This document shows, one piece after another, positions 40,248 to 52,497 of a stretch of DNA of 64,000 nt (positions are counted from its first letter, which is position 1; the number at the start of each line of letters is the position of its first letter). The DNA comes from Iphione sp. A-MEVVRFRX5 (lineage: Eukaryota), in the NCBI GenBank assembly GCA_976226885.1, contig OZ320316.1, forward strand, positions 82,956,001-83,020,000. The letters run 5' to 3'. The notes below the pieces were generated by a model. That model saw only the letters and a program-made list of their open reading frames with translations. It did no database searches and had not been told where the DNA came from. Position numbers and translations under genes: made by a program.

Positions 40248-42281
40248 AAAAGTAAATGGAGACATACACACATTGAGAAATGTACATCTCGAGATGTCCC
40301 CTTCATAGTTATATGAATAGGAGGATATACTTATTAGTCAATGGAAAATAATTATCTGTACTCTAAAGATTTTCTATATGGAATATGAATTGTTTGTTAG
40401 TTTTCCACCGATCTATTCATGCCCGTACATATTTGTTCTGAATACTCAGGAAATGCACCTGCTTTTACATTTCAATGTATTAGACAGTAGCCAAAAAGGG
40501 ATAAACCAGTCGAGTGAGTACTTTACTGTATTACTCAATAAAAGAATATTGTCATCTAGACAGATATCATGTCATCGACGGATTTTTAAAGGATGTCATT
40601 TGTGTCACCAACATCTAAGTATTTCGTGAGAACGAAAAAGTTATGATTGATTATACAGGTGCATACATACATATCAGTGCATAGCAACATCACTTTAAAT
40701 GGCAATCTGTCATGCCATTAAATTGCTGCACGTGCTAATTTTCTTGTGTTCTCGTAAAACGGTATTTAGCTTATCTATATTTTACAGTAAGTCATTTGTG
40801 GTACGTGCAAAAGTATGGCAAAGAACGAAAGGAGAAGGCAAAACTCAATAAAAATGACATTTCAGAACGATTTAGCCCTTTTTATTGAATCTATTTGAAT
40901 AGTTTTTCCCATTTTCCCCAGACCTTTAATAACTATGACAGCTGTAGTAACCCCAGAATGTAATGCAATGAAGCCAAAAGGCACACTGTCTGTTTTCAAT
41001 CAAACAGGGCTTTTTAGATGTGACGCTTCTTCTTGCTAATGGACGTGTTGACATGGGTGCACGAGCAAGCGGACTTTGATTTTAACTGAACTATTCACAT
41101 ACATCCATTCATAACATTAGCAGAGGCAATTGTGTGAGGCCAAGCCATCCGTGATGGATTGTGATGCAATTACACACATTACCAACAACAGATATCCTCA
41201 TCCTGGACATTTGATAATCATTAGTTCATGGAGACCTGTCCGAAAAAAGTGCAAATGTTGCGTTTGCCATTTTGGACAGCATGTGCATGTAAAGAGGCCG
41301 CTTACTGAGTTTTGCTTCTCCAAAGCAGGCTACCTTGAAGATGAGTTTCGATTTTGTCATATTTCTAGTTAACATGCGCACACTTCCCTGCTGCATAAAG
41401 GATTTTTAGAACAATATTGGACATTTCGTACGTTCTGCCACTTTTTAAAGAATTGGTTCTTGTGTAGCGATTCTGTTGCATTATAATCAAATAGTTTTAG
41501 AAAACGTAAAGTTCTGCAAGCTTTTATACCTATTGTACGCAATGGTACTGTATATGGTTGAATTAAATGTGATCTTATGTTAATTGCAATATCGACCTTT
41601 CCGATAAATAACGTTATATTCAAAATAATGATTAAAGTACCTGTTGACCATTATATGGTAGACTTAATTCTCATCGATTGTAATAGCACAAGTCGTATAA
41701 TTTATCCAAACATGACTGATACTATGTAATCTTTATGTATGATATCCTGTATAATAATCATGCATTACTGATAACATGGATTTCCAGTAGAGTATTGTAT
41801 TATCATGTATACCATATCATATACATGTTTACTATACTGCAAATGATGGTACTGCACTGGAAATGTCTAAGAGTGTAGTCTGCTGTTACAATGAGTCTGC
41901 TTGATGTGTCTGCAATAATGTCAGGGACATACATGAAAAATTGCACTGGACTTGCCAAGTACACAAGAAAACTACACATTGTATAAAGGCATACAATATC
42001 TAAGTGGATACTTGTCAAAATTCAAAATTAAAATATTATAGATCCGACCTGTACATATATAGACCAATTTAGTAATGTTACACGATTTCAAACGTGGAGT
42101 AGAACCTCACCAATGCGACTACCTTAGGCCATTTGCAAAAGTGTTTACATCTAAGGAATGGTCCAACTTCTGAATTTTCCATATTTCAACCCAATCACGG
42201 TGGCAGGCAATAACAGTATATTCCTACAAATGGCACAGTATGTGTGACATACAGGGTGACACAGGATGAAGCCTTACATGG

Positions 42282-42611
42282 CAGGCCCGTAGCCAGGAAA
42301 TCTTGTGGGGGGTATCTCAAATTAGAGAGGTGGAACTCTTAGCTAGAGAGGTGGAACTCATGGTTAAAGAGGTAGAGCTCCTGGTTAGAGAGGTAGANNN
42401 NNNNNNNNNNNNNNNNNNNNNNNNNNNNNNNNNNNNNNNNNNNNNNNNNNNNNNNNNNNNNNNNNNNNNNNNNNNNNNNNNNNNNNNNNNNNNNNNNNNN
42501 NNNNNNNNNNNNNNNNNNNNNNNNNNNNNNNTAGTCCCAGAGAGGTGGAACTCTTGGCTCCTGTGGGGGGTATCAGATAACATCCCCGATACCCCCTTGG
42601 CTACGGGCTTG
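42282..42611. mobile_element. Non-autonomous TIR element (MITE) with an internal 21-bp minisatellite, spanning the assembly gap
   Basis: Left end CAGGCCCGTAGCCAGG, right end TTGGCTACGGGCTTG (inverted). Internal units AGAGAGGTGGAACTC(T/A)TGG(C/T)T flank the N run. No clear TSD. Confidence 0.7.
42398..42531. other. Assembly gap (134 N)
   Basis: Run of N inside a 21-bp tandem repeat. Confidence 0.99.
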
Positions 42612-42739
42612 CATGATGACAACATTGTCATAGATGCATTTCTTTTAAAAAATACAACAAAATTATAACATATTAATTATTAAATAAAACAATATCCTGT
42701 CTATTTTCATTATAAGATTTGTCTCTGTAGGTATTATTG

Positions 42740-42797
42740 TATATGATCTGAATGACCAACACAACACAGGAGTGGGGTTCGACATTACACAGACACC
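42740..42797. repeat. Split direct repeat B2 of the Ngaro element (element 3' end)
   Basis: Copy of 42943-43000. Confidence 0.9.
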
Positions 42798-42831
42798 TTT
42801 ATTCAAAATTTTTAAAAAATTAAGCTCGGCG

Positions 42832-42947
42832 ACTGTTGATAGAGAATGTCGTACATTCGATGTGATGTGGTAGCTTGGCAACAATGATTGGTTGCTATAT
42901 GAGAGAGTCATATATCACAATAGATATCCTATCTATTAGTTATATAT
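42832..42947. repeat. Split direct repeat A2 of the Ngaro element
   Basis: actgttgatagagaa...cctatctattagttatatat, a copy of 47438-47549, lying between B2 and B1. Confidence 0.9.
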
Positions 42948-43000
42948 GATCTGAATGACCAACATGACACAGGAGTGGGGATTGACATTACACAGATACC
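42943..43000. repeat. Split direct repeat B1 of the Ngaro element
   Basis: 58-nt core tatatgatctgaatgaccaac...cattacacagatacc, with 5 mismatches to 42740-42797. Confidence 0.9.
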
Positions 43001-43029
43001 TCCAAACCCAATAAAAAATTAATTGTCTA

Positions 43030-43790
43030 CATGAGTGTGATGAAATGCCTGTGAGACCACAGGTTCTGCAGGCACCATTCAAATGGTCCCTAAAGGTATT
43101 ATAATTTAAGTATATGTATTTTTGTTTCCTATAAAAGGAAGACACTAGATCATCATCATCGCCATCAACGATTTTCCATTCCCTTTACAATGATGGAACG
43201 CATAGGGCACAAAAATAACAGAACGCTAAAGGTACAGTCAATTCTGTACTGTTACTGGGAAAAAGTTTTACCATTACATATTTCAATATAAACACCTCCA
43301 CTGAAAAACTTTATATTCTGCCCTTTCACTTTTTTACTTGTAAACAATTCTTTAGATAGGAGACACCTGAATGCTAACAACCTAGCAGTCCATACCATCA
43401 TATCGAAGGGTATATTAAAATTGAAACACTTATGTAACAACAACATTTCTGGAATACTTGAGGTATGTGCTTTTTTTGCAGGCCTGACTTTAACTCTTTA
43501 ACTCTTTTAATGCCTTTCAATAACTCTTTTACTTGAAAATGATCTCCAATCTTAAGAGTGTGACCTGCTTTCTTTGAATAGTATACCACCGTAGATAAAT
43601 AATTAGAGATTAACATGTAACATAGGGATCAAGTAAGAAAAGTCAAAAACAGAGGGACTTGTTTACATAACATGACAACGGCTTATAATCGTATTCTTTG
43701 CAGAATTTAAGATACACATTCCACTAGGATGTCCTTGTCCTTTTGGTGTTCTCTGACGTCCACTTTTCCATCAATCCCTGCATCTCCCTC
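43030..43790 (-). pseudogene. Tyrosine recombinase (phage-integrase-like) of the Ngaro element, disrupted
   Basis: Fragments WNVYLKFC, ISNYLSTVVYY...KELLKGIKR, WTARLLAFRCLL...NGKTFSQ and LNYNTFRDHLNGACRTCGLTGISSHSCR match the YR SAM-like, Arg-box and HxxR regions. Confidence 0.8.
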
Positions 43791-45340
43791 TCCAAGGATG
43801 CTTTTCTCCCTGCAAATAGAGTAAATGAGCTCACTACAACAACAACTTTTGGACCATTCTATTAAGCAAAGAACATCCAGCATCTTTAGATTATATGGTC
43901 TTGATAAAGCATCTGCTACAACATTGTCCTTGCTTTTTACATACTCGACTTTGACGTAGATGTTCTATATACATGTGGTCCAAAATATTTCTCTTAACCA
44001 ATGTACACAGCCAGTGTTCCTACTCCTGCCTGTCCTAATCATGTAAAATCTCACATGTTGTCAGTGATTAGCTTCACGGCCGAATTTTTCAGGCACGGGC
44101 CCCTTCTCTTTAGAGATAATACCACCGGCCACAGTTTGTATACATTTATATGCTTGTCATACACATACACGTCACCACTCGGGAGATTCTCAACATGTTC
44201 ACTCAAGGCCCCCATGGGGCTGCACACCTCCTGACACTTCCCAATGAACCAGTTGTCCATACAATACCCCCCAAACATACAGAGAGAAGAGTCAGTCATA
44301 ATCTCAGCTGCTATATCGTAGTGAACCAGTATTTTGTTTTTGCCATTAAAAATTTCTACAAAAACTGACCACCATTGCAAGTCCTCGTGTACTTCCTCTT
44401 GGATCATATTCGTTTCTTTATAACCACAGAAGCTGTTACAATATTCATACAACCGCCTCGAGAATGTACGACTGCCTCGAACTACTGTTAAACAATGGGC
44501 TAACAAGCCAGCCAAACTTTCTACTTCTTTCTTCTTCAGTTTCTTACTTTTCAAGGCACTTTACTTTTCGTCTCAACAACTTTCTCTTGAGTCAACTTCA
44601 GTTCAAACAGGTCAGTGTCAATTTCGATACCTAAAAAGTACTTTGTTTGCTTGGTTCTTTCATCCACTTCTCAGATACATCAAAACCGACATCTTCGATT
44701 ACTTTTATCATCTCATCTCTGTACCATGAACATTTTTCAATGTGTTGCCTACAACTATAAAATTATCGAGATAATTTACGGTAAAGCCACCCAAACGATG
44801 GATATACTTATGTTTAATGAAATCCGAAATTATTGAGAAGATATAAGGGACACATTTAAGCCCAAAACATAAGGTATTGTTAAGATAATATTTGGTGCCA
44901 CCGCCACTGTCCCAAGCAAATCTCTGGAACTCCCTGTGGTCTCTAAATACCTGTACACTTTTGTAAGCATTTTTTATATCGACTACACACATGTATTGTC
45001 CACCTTTAACATAGTTTCCTACATCATCTACTGAATTATAATTGAACTTGTGATGAGTGGTCTCCATAAAGTTATTAATACTACTGCTGTGAGGAAATGA
45101 GCAGTCCGTAATTGGTCTCAAGGACCTGTCCCCCGTGGCCACATCTCCTAGAGCATTGACACAACGAGGTTTGTTAATACACTTGCTTACATAACCACTA
45201 GTCAACTTACTCTCCAGTTTGGCATTCATCTGGGTTTTGAATTCCTCGGTTAAAGCTGATTTGTAGTAACTACAACAGTAGCTTGTACAACATGAGCCAT
45301 CTACTATTTTAAAACCTTCACAAACACCAAATCATGGTAG
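43790..45340 (-). pseudogene. Ngaro/DIRS reverse transcriptase-RNase H, disrupted
   Basis: RT motifs RPITDCS, VVDIKNAYKSV, LCFGLKCVPYIF and YLDNF (catalytic YLDD changed to YLDN), followed by FLGIEID. RNase H motifs DLQWW, IMTDSS, LITDN and DNVVADALSR. Several frameshifts. Confidence 0.9.
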
Positions 45341-46670
45341 TTCAATTTTTCCAGTATCCAATGGGATCCTACACAGGGGCAATACCCAACCACAAGGTTT
45401 TAACTTGCAACTCATGCTACCAATTGTGTAGATGCAATCACAATTAAATGACGTACACTCGACATATACAGGTGTCACATTAACACACTCACGACCTCTT
45501 AGGCATACAACAACGTTGTCTTGATCACTCGAATCACACTCGACAACCAAAAAACCAAGAGCAGAGTCAGTAATTTCCTTACGATACCTTAAACAGAGTG
45601 TACTGTCACTCGGTACATCACTCTTGGGTGACCGTACATTTTCAAAAGTCTCCTCCTTGACCGTCCTAACCTCCATTGGGCTCCCTTCTTCCAAGTCTTC
45701 CCCTTTGAGTATGTTTGCGAGTGCATGGTCACCCTACCATGGGTCGACGTCGAGACCGCAGGTCAAGACGGAGACCCATGCCAGGGTGACCATGTGCGAG
45801 CAAACATACTTAAAGTGTGTTCTGACATGGCTTATAATCATAATTGGATATCAAATTTGAAGATGCAGACGTTTTGGGTGCTAATTTAGTCTCTTTAGTA
45901 TTGCCAAGGTGACAACCTTCTTGACTAGGTTCTCATACAAAGCATCAGGTTTTTATTAACAACTCGACTGTCAACTCATAATTTCTAGCATGTAATGTTT
46001 TCTATTTGTACTTTAACTATCATATAATATCATATTAACTATTTCTTTCTTTTTAAATACCTTCAATCTTAAAATTTCCACTGGTTTATTGCTTGCATTT
46101 TGTAAACAAACTGTCATTTTTGAAAAATCTACGTCACATGACCTGTATCTTCCAATCAGATTGCAGTAGTGTGATGACTGCCTATTTGAGTGAAGATGAC
46201 GCTCTTAGTAAAAAACTAATAGTTAGTAGTGAAGTATTCATAAATATCTCTTCAAAAGACGTGTACTTGTTACATTTAAGTTTATGTATTAATAACTTTG
46301 ATGGAAACTCACTATTTTGTATATATTCCATTGTCAATTTTTTTTATCGACATAAGTCCGCCATTTTGTTTTGTTATATTTAGAATTACCGACAATGGGA
46401 ATTTAGAATTATTAACAATGGGAAAAAGAACAGTGCAATGGTCACTTCAGACCAATGCACTCTTGAGGTAATAGTAAAGTATATGACATGCACCCACAGT
46501 CATGTTAGAACATCTACTTCGGCCACATCTGAGGAGAGGATGTACCTACTCTTTAACTGAACTAACGATACATCTCTATAAATTAGCCAAGATTTCTCTG
46601 CTAACCAACCACACTGTCACTGTTGTTTTGACGTGGCTTTCGTCTTCTTCCCAACGTCGCCATCTCTTGT

Positions 46671-47396
46671 CTAAGATGAGAAACACTCATACGCCCTGTG
46701 GCCAGATACAGAACAATTTAAAAAGGCATGGCGATACAAGCAAGACACATGAGCACAATCTCCTAAGTTATACTTGTAGCATATCCTATCATTCTTCTTA
46801 GCCCTCTTCGATGACTTCGCTTGGGATGCACCATTCATTGCATCGACACAGAGGAATCTGTGGATACCCTCCGTATCCCCGTAACAAAAAATGTTGGCCC
46901 CCTTCTTGCTTGCTTTCTTGCGAAGATCCGCATCATAACTAATGAGCGACTTTACATTGTATACTCATGTTGCTGCTTTACAATTCAGAAAGGATAAGTG
47001 AAGAAGAAATGTCCTCGTCATCGACATACTTAGAAATGTCATATATTTCCTCAATCGCTTACCCTCCTTCCTCTTGGCTCGTCCGCTCCTTCTCTTGGCC
47101 TCCTCCTTCTCGTCAACTTCTGAATCGCTTGAAATATCACTGTCTTTCTCATCTGATGAACTATATGAGCGACCACTTGAATCCACCTTCTCCTTCTTGC
47201 TTGACGCTACTTTACCGGCCACCATCAGCTCGATGAGCGACTCCATCTGTGATAAACACACACCAAAGTCCTTTAATTCACTTGAATTCTCTTCACAAGG
47301 CTTTCCCAGGCTTTTTCTGGTCCTCCATCCTCTCTTTACAATTTTTCCTACAGGTGGTGGATGGTTCTCCTTGCACATTCTACAAAATTTACCCAT
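46671..47396 (-). pseudogene. Ngaro gag-like ORF with one premature stop
   Basis: N-terminal CRMCKENHPPPVGK and a Ser/acidic linker. There is an in-frame TGA at 46965-46967, then YDADLRKK...CYKYNLGDCAHVSCLYRHAFLNCSVSGHRAYEC (CCCH plus a knuckle-like Zn finger) ending at TAG 46671. Confidence 0.75.
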
Positions 47397-47437
47397 CTAA
47401 CTCGGATACGTCCTCACCAAAATTTTTAAGCTGGGCA

Positions 47438-47549
47438 ACTGTTGATAGAGAACGTCATACACTCCAGGTGACGTGGTAGCTTAGCAACAATGGTTGGTTG
47501 CTAAGAGAGTCATGTATCACAATAAGTATCCTATCTATTAGTTATATAT
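47438..47549. repeat. Split direct repeat A1 of the Ngaro element
   Basis: Matches 42832-42947. Manual alignment gives about 11 substitutions and one 4-nt indel over ~115 nt. Confidence 0.9.
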
Positions 47550-48084
47550 ATTATTTTACTGAAATCTAATATATATCATATATATGACTGGAGGCACATA
47601 CACCTCTAGACATGGTTCTGCCTATAGTGATACATTGCTCCATGCTTGGTTTTGTCTATAGTCACATACAACATTTAGGAGGTTAGGTAAGTCCATGCCA
47701 ACCCCAACTAGGTGATAAAATGCCAGTTAAAGGACCATCTTAAATATATGGTAGAGGTTAGAGTAACCTCAGTAAGGAAAAATAAGAGAAGTAAACATAG
47801 TTTCGGAGGATATGAGATGGGACATCATAAAAAGTAAGCATGAGCAAGTATCAGCAGATGTGAGCTATTCAGTCACTGCCTCCGTACCCTAGTTCAAATG
47901 TTCTTTACAGTGTTAATCTGTGCTTGGTGACAGCCTTGATGGTTCACACCTCCCTTCACACATCATGTTGCACCTCCTATTGTAGCTATATGATGTTCAC
48001 AATGCAGCGGTCAACTGTATAACTTCAACATCTGTATTTGGTACTGATGAACCTCATTGAGGATTATTTCACTTGCAATTGTCT

Positions 48085-48280
48085 AACAGTGGTCCCAATT
48101 GTGAAAGTTTATCATCTATTAACAATTGGTTGAAGGGGAGGTGGTCCCTTTTAGGGGTGGTCCCTCTGTTGAGACTTTATAATACATAAAATGGAGGAAG
48201 ACATTTTAGTTCTTTGAAAATATGGTCCTATTTAGGGGCTGGTTCCTGTTTTGATGTAGTCCCTGACAGAGATTCTCCTG
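48085..48280. mobile_element. Eroded MITE fragment with GGTCCC(T) subrepeats
   Basis: Repeated gtggtccc/ggtcct/gtagtccct units, like the subrepeat-bearing MITEs common in invertebrate genomes. Ends are not resolvable. Confidence 0.35.
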
Positions 48281-49619
48281 CAATTCAAAGGAAGCTTTAT
48301 AACACTGACATGGTTAACGTTCTTTGAATGTTCCAAAAATATTTCCTGCTGATTTTCAGCAAATCACAGAGCTTAATTTTAATTTTAATTCTAGTTAACT
48401 TTCACCTACTACAGTCCAACATGAAACATATACAAAATCACATTTAACCTTAGTCCAACAAAGCCAAGCTAGCGCAGCTAATACCCAGCTGGAGCCAGAC
48501 GGGAATGCTGGCTGGATGTATCGTACTGATTAAGTGCTGCTTCAAGCTCTGCTCCGTAAACCGTTAATTACAATTAGTGTGGAATATGGAGAAGATTTGT
48601 TGCAGGCCTGTCCTGAGTGTCTTGTTACTTAGGTACTTTGCATGTCCGCAATATATATTTTAGCCCTCTTTTGTGGCAATTATTGGCATCTGACAAGACA
48701 AACGCGGCTCTGCCTTTCAGAGAGTTGCCTCATACAGCGACGTACTCTAGACCAGAATGTACATCTGTGCCAGCAACAGGTCTGCTAATCCGGCCAGATT
48801 TGCTGCTTCTCAGTCGTCGCTCCCTTCCCAGTATCCCCTCGGCATACTCTGGCCAGTTTGTCGATGCATGCAAAGTGTGTCCCTACCGCTGACCACAAGC
48901 TGAAAAGTTGCTTGACTGGTTGTGACCCTCCCGGGCCGCGGCCACTGGCCCCGAGAGACCGCACCGGCCCCTGGCTGCAAGAACAGCCGCGCCGCATCTC
49001 CTGCATTGATCATTGCCTCGATTAGGACGGGAAATTCACCGCGAATAGGGGAAGGGAGACGGTCTGGAGTTGGTGGCCGTTTCGGCAGGGCAGCAGGGGG
49101 ATTGCGGTAGGGGGGAGTGGATGCGGAGAATGCAGGTCAGCATCTGTGTGTTACACGCAAAGCCAAAGGCCCGTTGGTCAGTGGTGCAACGGTCACGCCC
49201 GCTCCGACGAATCTGGCAGATTGCTTTCCTAGTGCTATACATGTACTTTAATGAAAGGGCTTTTATTCCTACATCAGAGTAGATTTTATGCTGGGGATTC
49301 AGCTCTGTTGCAGCTTTAGAGACGTGTATCACCTGCTGATGACTGATTGCTTCAAGATGCAACTTAATGATTTGTGTATTACAGATTCGTGGAAATATTT
49401 CTTCCCAAACCCCCAAATCGAACATTCCTTATTTCATTGATACTTTTCTACAACTATCGACAAAATGCGAGCCAGATTGGCGAATGGGGCAAACATTTGA
49501 GCCCCCATCCCATTGCATCTAAATAGTATTGTTTCATTGAAAGTCATTAACTGCTTGGTAATGAGCACGGATACCGAGTTGATTAATCCATTGTGGACGG
49601 ATTAAAGCAATAAGCCATG

Positions 49620-50179
49620 ACGCCAAAGGCTGCTGCAAGCTGCCCCGGTCCCTTTGTCACTATTGCTGGTGGAACCACCGCAGCTCAGCCCAACTCCTCT
49701 GAAAAGCAACTGGCGCAGTCTGGCTCTCCCTGAGTACCAACTGGTCTAGTGCGCCCCACCACCACTAGGTGACACCACGATTCAACATCGATCGGCATCC
49801 CCTTCGATGTCGGCGGCTAACGGCGGAAAAGCGCGAAAACTGTTCCGGTCATACACAAACATCTTACTGTAGAGAGAAACCAGTTGGCTTTCTATTTTAC
49901 ATTCCATGTGAATCAGGCAACCTGCAGTGACTAGCTCTCTGTGCAGTGTTAATATCTGCTCTGCTAGTGGTTCTGATCCCACGCCTTACGAGCGAGTGAC
50001 GGGCGGTCCGCGCCAGAGCTGCTGCGGGGAAAAGTGGCGCCAGGCGGTGTATTGGGATAGTAGTATAAGCGCGGCGCAACGTGGTAAAAGGTAGCCGACC
50101 AGTGCGTGCCAGGCCTCGCTCAGTTAGTACTATTAACCGGCGTGGCAGTGGCAGCAGCGGCGGCCACCAGGACGGCAGC
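49620..50179 (+). promoter_or_regulatory. GC/CpG-rich putative promoter/5' UTR of the alpha-like subunit gene
   Basis: CpG-rich block directly upstream of the ATG at 50180, with TATAAG at 50064. The TSS cannot be placed. Confidence 0.35.
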
Positions 50180-50295
50180 ATGAAGTTTGGACCTCTACGG
50201 GTTGACGGCTGTGATTTAACACGGACGGCTAGCTCCCCTTCCACGGCCTTGATGACCGTCCTCCTGGGCTACGCCCTCGTCGCTCAACTAGTCAG
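50180..50295 (+). CDS. GABA-A receptor alpha/GRD/8916-like subunit, coding exon 1 (signal peptide)
   Basis: gcagcATGa start encoding MKFGPLRVDGCDLTRTASSPSTALMTVLLGYALVAQLV, ending at a phase-2 donor AG|GTAAAC. It joins exon 2 in frame (AG|C = Ser, then YGSA). The hydrophobic core LMTVLLGYALVAQLV fits a signal peptide. Confidence 0.68.
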
Positions 50296-52497
50296 GTAAA
50301 CCACTTGTACCACTTGTACCTTCGAAATACGCGGCGACAGCCGCCACCCGACCTGGGGGTGGTTCATTTAGCAGTTGGCTGTACTCCGCGATATAGATGC
50401 ATTTAAAAAAGGTAAATCGATTGCAAAGAAAATAACAATTAAGTGTAGGTAAGAATCAAGACTGTTCACAGTGGTCATAGGAGCGTTTGTACCTGTTTGA
50501 CACAGCATCGGTTCAGTAGGAACATGGCAGTATGATGGGATATGCATACTAGAGATGCCTAGTGTCGTTCACGAAGTGGAAAGAACCATAGCGGGGAAAT
50601 TGTTTTTTTGTGCCACATGTGTCTGCAATTATCATCATTGTAGCTAACATCACGTTCGCCTGATATCACAAAGGTTGTGGTGCAATTATATCAAGCGTGC
50701 TAGAGTATACCATCCGTTTGGGGCGGTGCATCATGGATAAAATTCCCATTGACATACTCTGGTTTGACCCATATTTTCATCATAAGTTTATACTCATGTT
50801 GTACATGTTATTTCCTTTGATCCATCTATCACGGAATGCATGTGTATTACTAATAGATAACCGGGATCAGATCCAATGCTGCATGTTAGGTGCTACACAT
50901 TTTACCCTTCAGGGAAACTGATAATAAATGGCAATTGTCGTCATGCATTTAAAGCAACCTGCTGCTGGGCGAACTCATGTCGATGAGTGTTAGAGAGGCC
51001 TTCGGATCGACCATGCTTGAAACACTACATTATCGAAGGTGACATATTGTGGAATTCCCATGTCTGGAACGCGGCGATGGTCCTGCAGCGTTCCTGCTAC
51101 AGCGGCCTCTGGCCATGCACGGGCACGGTCGACCTTAGCCATTTTTGCCTATGCAGCACCACGATAACCAACTCTAATATTTACAGATTTCATATCGTTG
51201 CCCTCAAGGGGTGCATTGGGCATAGGTTGCAGTCTGCCTATGTAGTTTTAGCCGTGGTTTGGGCTTTCTGGACCAACAGGGGAGAGCAAAATTATTCAGC
51301 AAAAGATTGTACTGATAGGCTATACCACAACTGATTTGGAATATATTTACATCGTAATATCCGAGCGACATTTTCCGCTATTATTCCGTTATTAGCTTCA
51401 TATAAATGCAATTCGAACCAACCCGTTATGTAGTATCGGTATTGGCTTAGATAAAATGGATATTTATCACTTTGGACCTACGGTATCTCCTTTTTCCCTG
51501 TGAAATGATTAGTAGTCCAGAACGTATAATACTCCTTGTATTTGGTGATGCCTACTTAAGCTGATGTGTTCGAATGGTATCCCGATCACATTTTACTATG
51601 AACTCCATGTAGTGTGCACATTTAATAGAAACCGTCGCCCAACATAACGGAGGTAATTAGATCGCCTCAATATTTTACATCCCTGACGTGTATCATGTTC
51701 CTGGAGCTGTTAATGAACTCCTAATTGGCTATCAGATTGCCACCAGAGAAGGATTCCTCGGTCGTTGAACGCCTTCACCCAACGAGGCAATCACTCGAGG
51801 CCATTGTCGGTGGTAGCTCCTATTCGCCTTGTGCACGGCCAGAGTTTCGTTTGAGGTTAGGCTATACTACTGGAAAGTTGCTTCATGTAATTTTATCAGT
51901 CTTTTCAAAATGGAACATAGTTTTTCGTGAGGATGAGACAATGAAGTTTTAATGACAACACTGCTTTTCTGAAAGGCATTTTTCTCTTTGGGTCGAGAAA
52001 TACAGACAATTTGACGAGTGCAACACGATCGTCAATGCTGGAACAAAATACGCAAAAGACAATAATGATAATATTTAGCACCGGCAACACCTGAGATTGA
52101 AATGAACATCTTCCGTAAAATCAGAACGATGGCTGGGCAATATATGATTTCAAAGAAAAGTATACCCGTGAGTATTCTTGGCAATATTGCTCACAGACGA
52201 AGACGGAAACAGAATCCCTAGTGTAGGTCTATTTCAGAACGGCGTCATATGCCAAGATGCTGTCCAGAGTAGACAACACATAGATCATGCTGTCCTGTAT
52301 ATTTAACCGAGAGTCAGCTCTCTATATTGTCAGGGCCACACCTAATTCTCCAGTGTTTTGTCTAGTTCATTCTCATGCACGTTGCACATAAGATTACAAT
52401 CCTTTGACTGAATTGTAAAGCTCACTTGTTTTATTCTTCTTTTTTTTTCATCAACTTCTGCTACAACGACCCTGTCCATTTTGCAACGGTCTTCTAG

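Larger units (their letters stand above)
42740..47549 (-). mobile_element. Tyrosine-recombinase retrotransposon (DIRS order, Ngaro/PAT type with split direct repeats), decayed
   Basis: Minus-strand order is repeat A1, gag, RT, RNase H, tyrosine recombinase, then B1-A2-B2. All ORFs carry stops or frameshifts. Confidence 0.9.

Noticed and set aside
42320-42560. Regular repeats that might be a CRISPR array (also the 52-bp array at 35009-35210)
   Set aside because: Units are contiguous with no unique spacers, there are no cas genes, and the context is eukaryotic. These are minisatellites.
44001-47479. Plus-strand ORFs over the Ngaro element, and minus-strand ORFs over the LINE at 36352-39124
   Set aside because: They are antisense shadows of TE coding regions.
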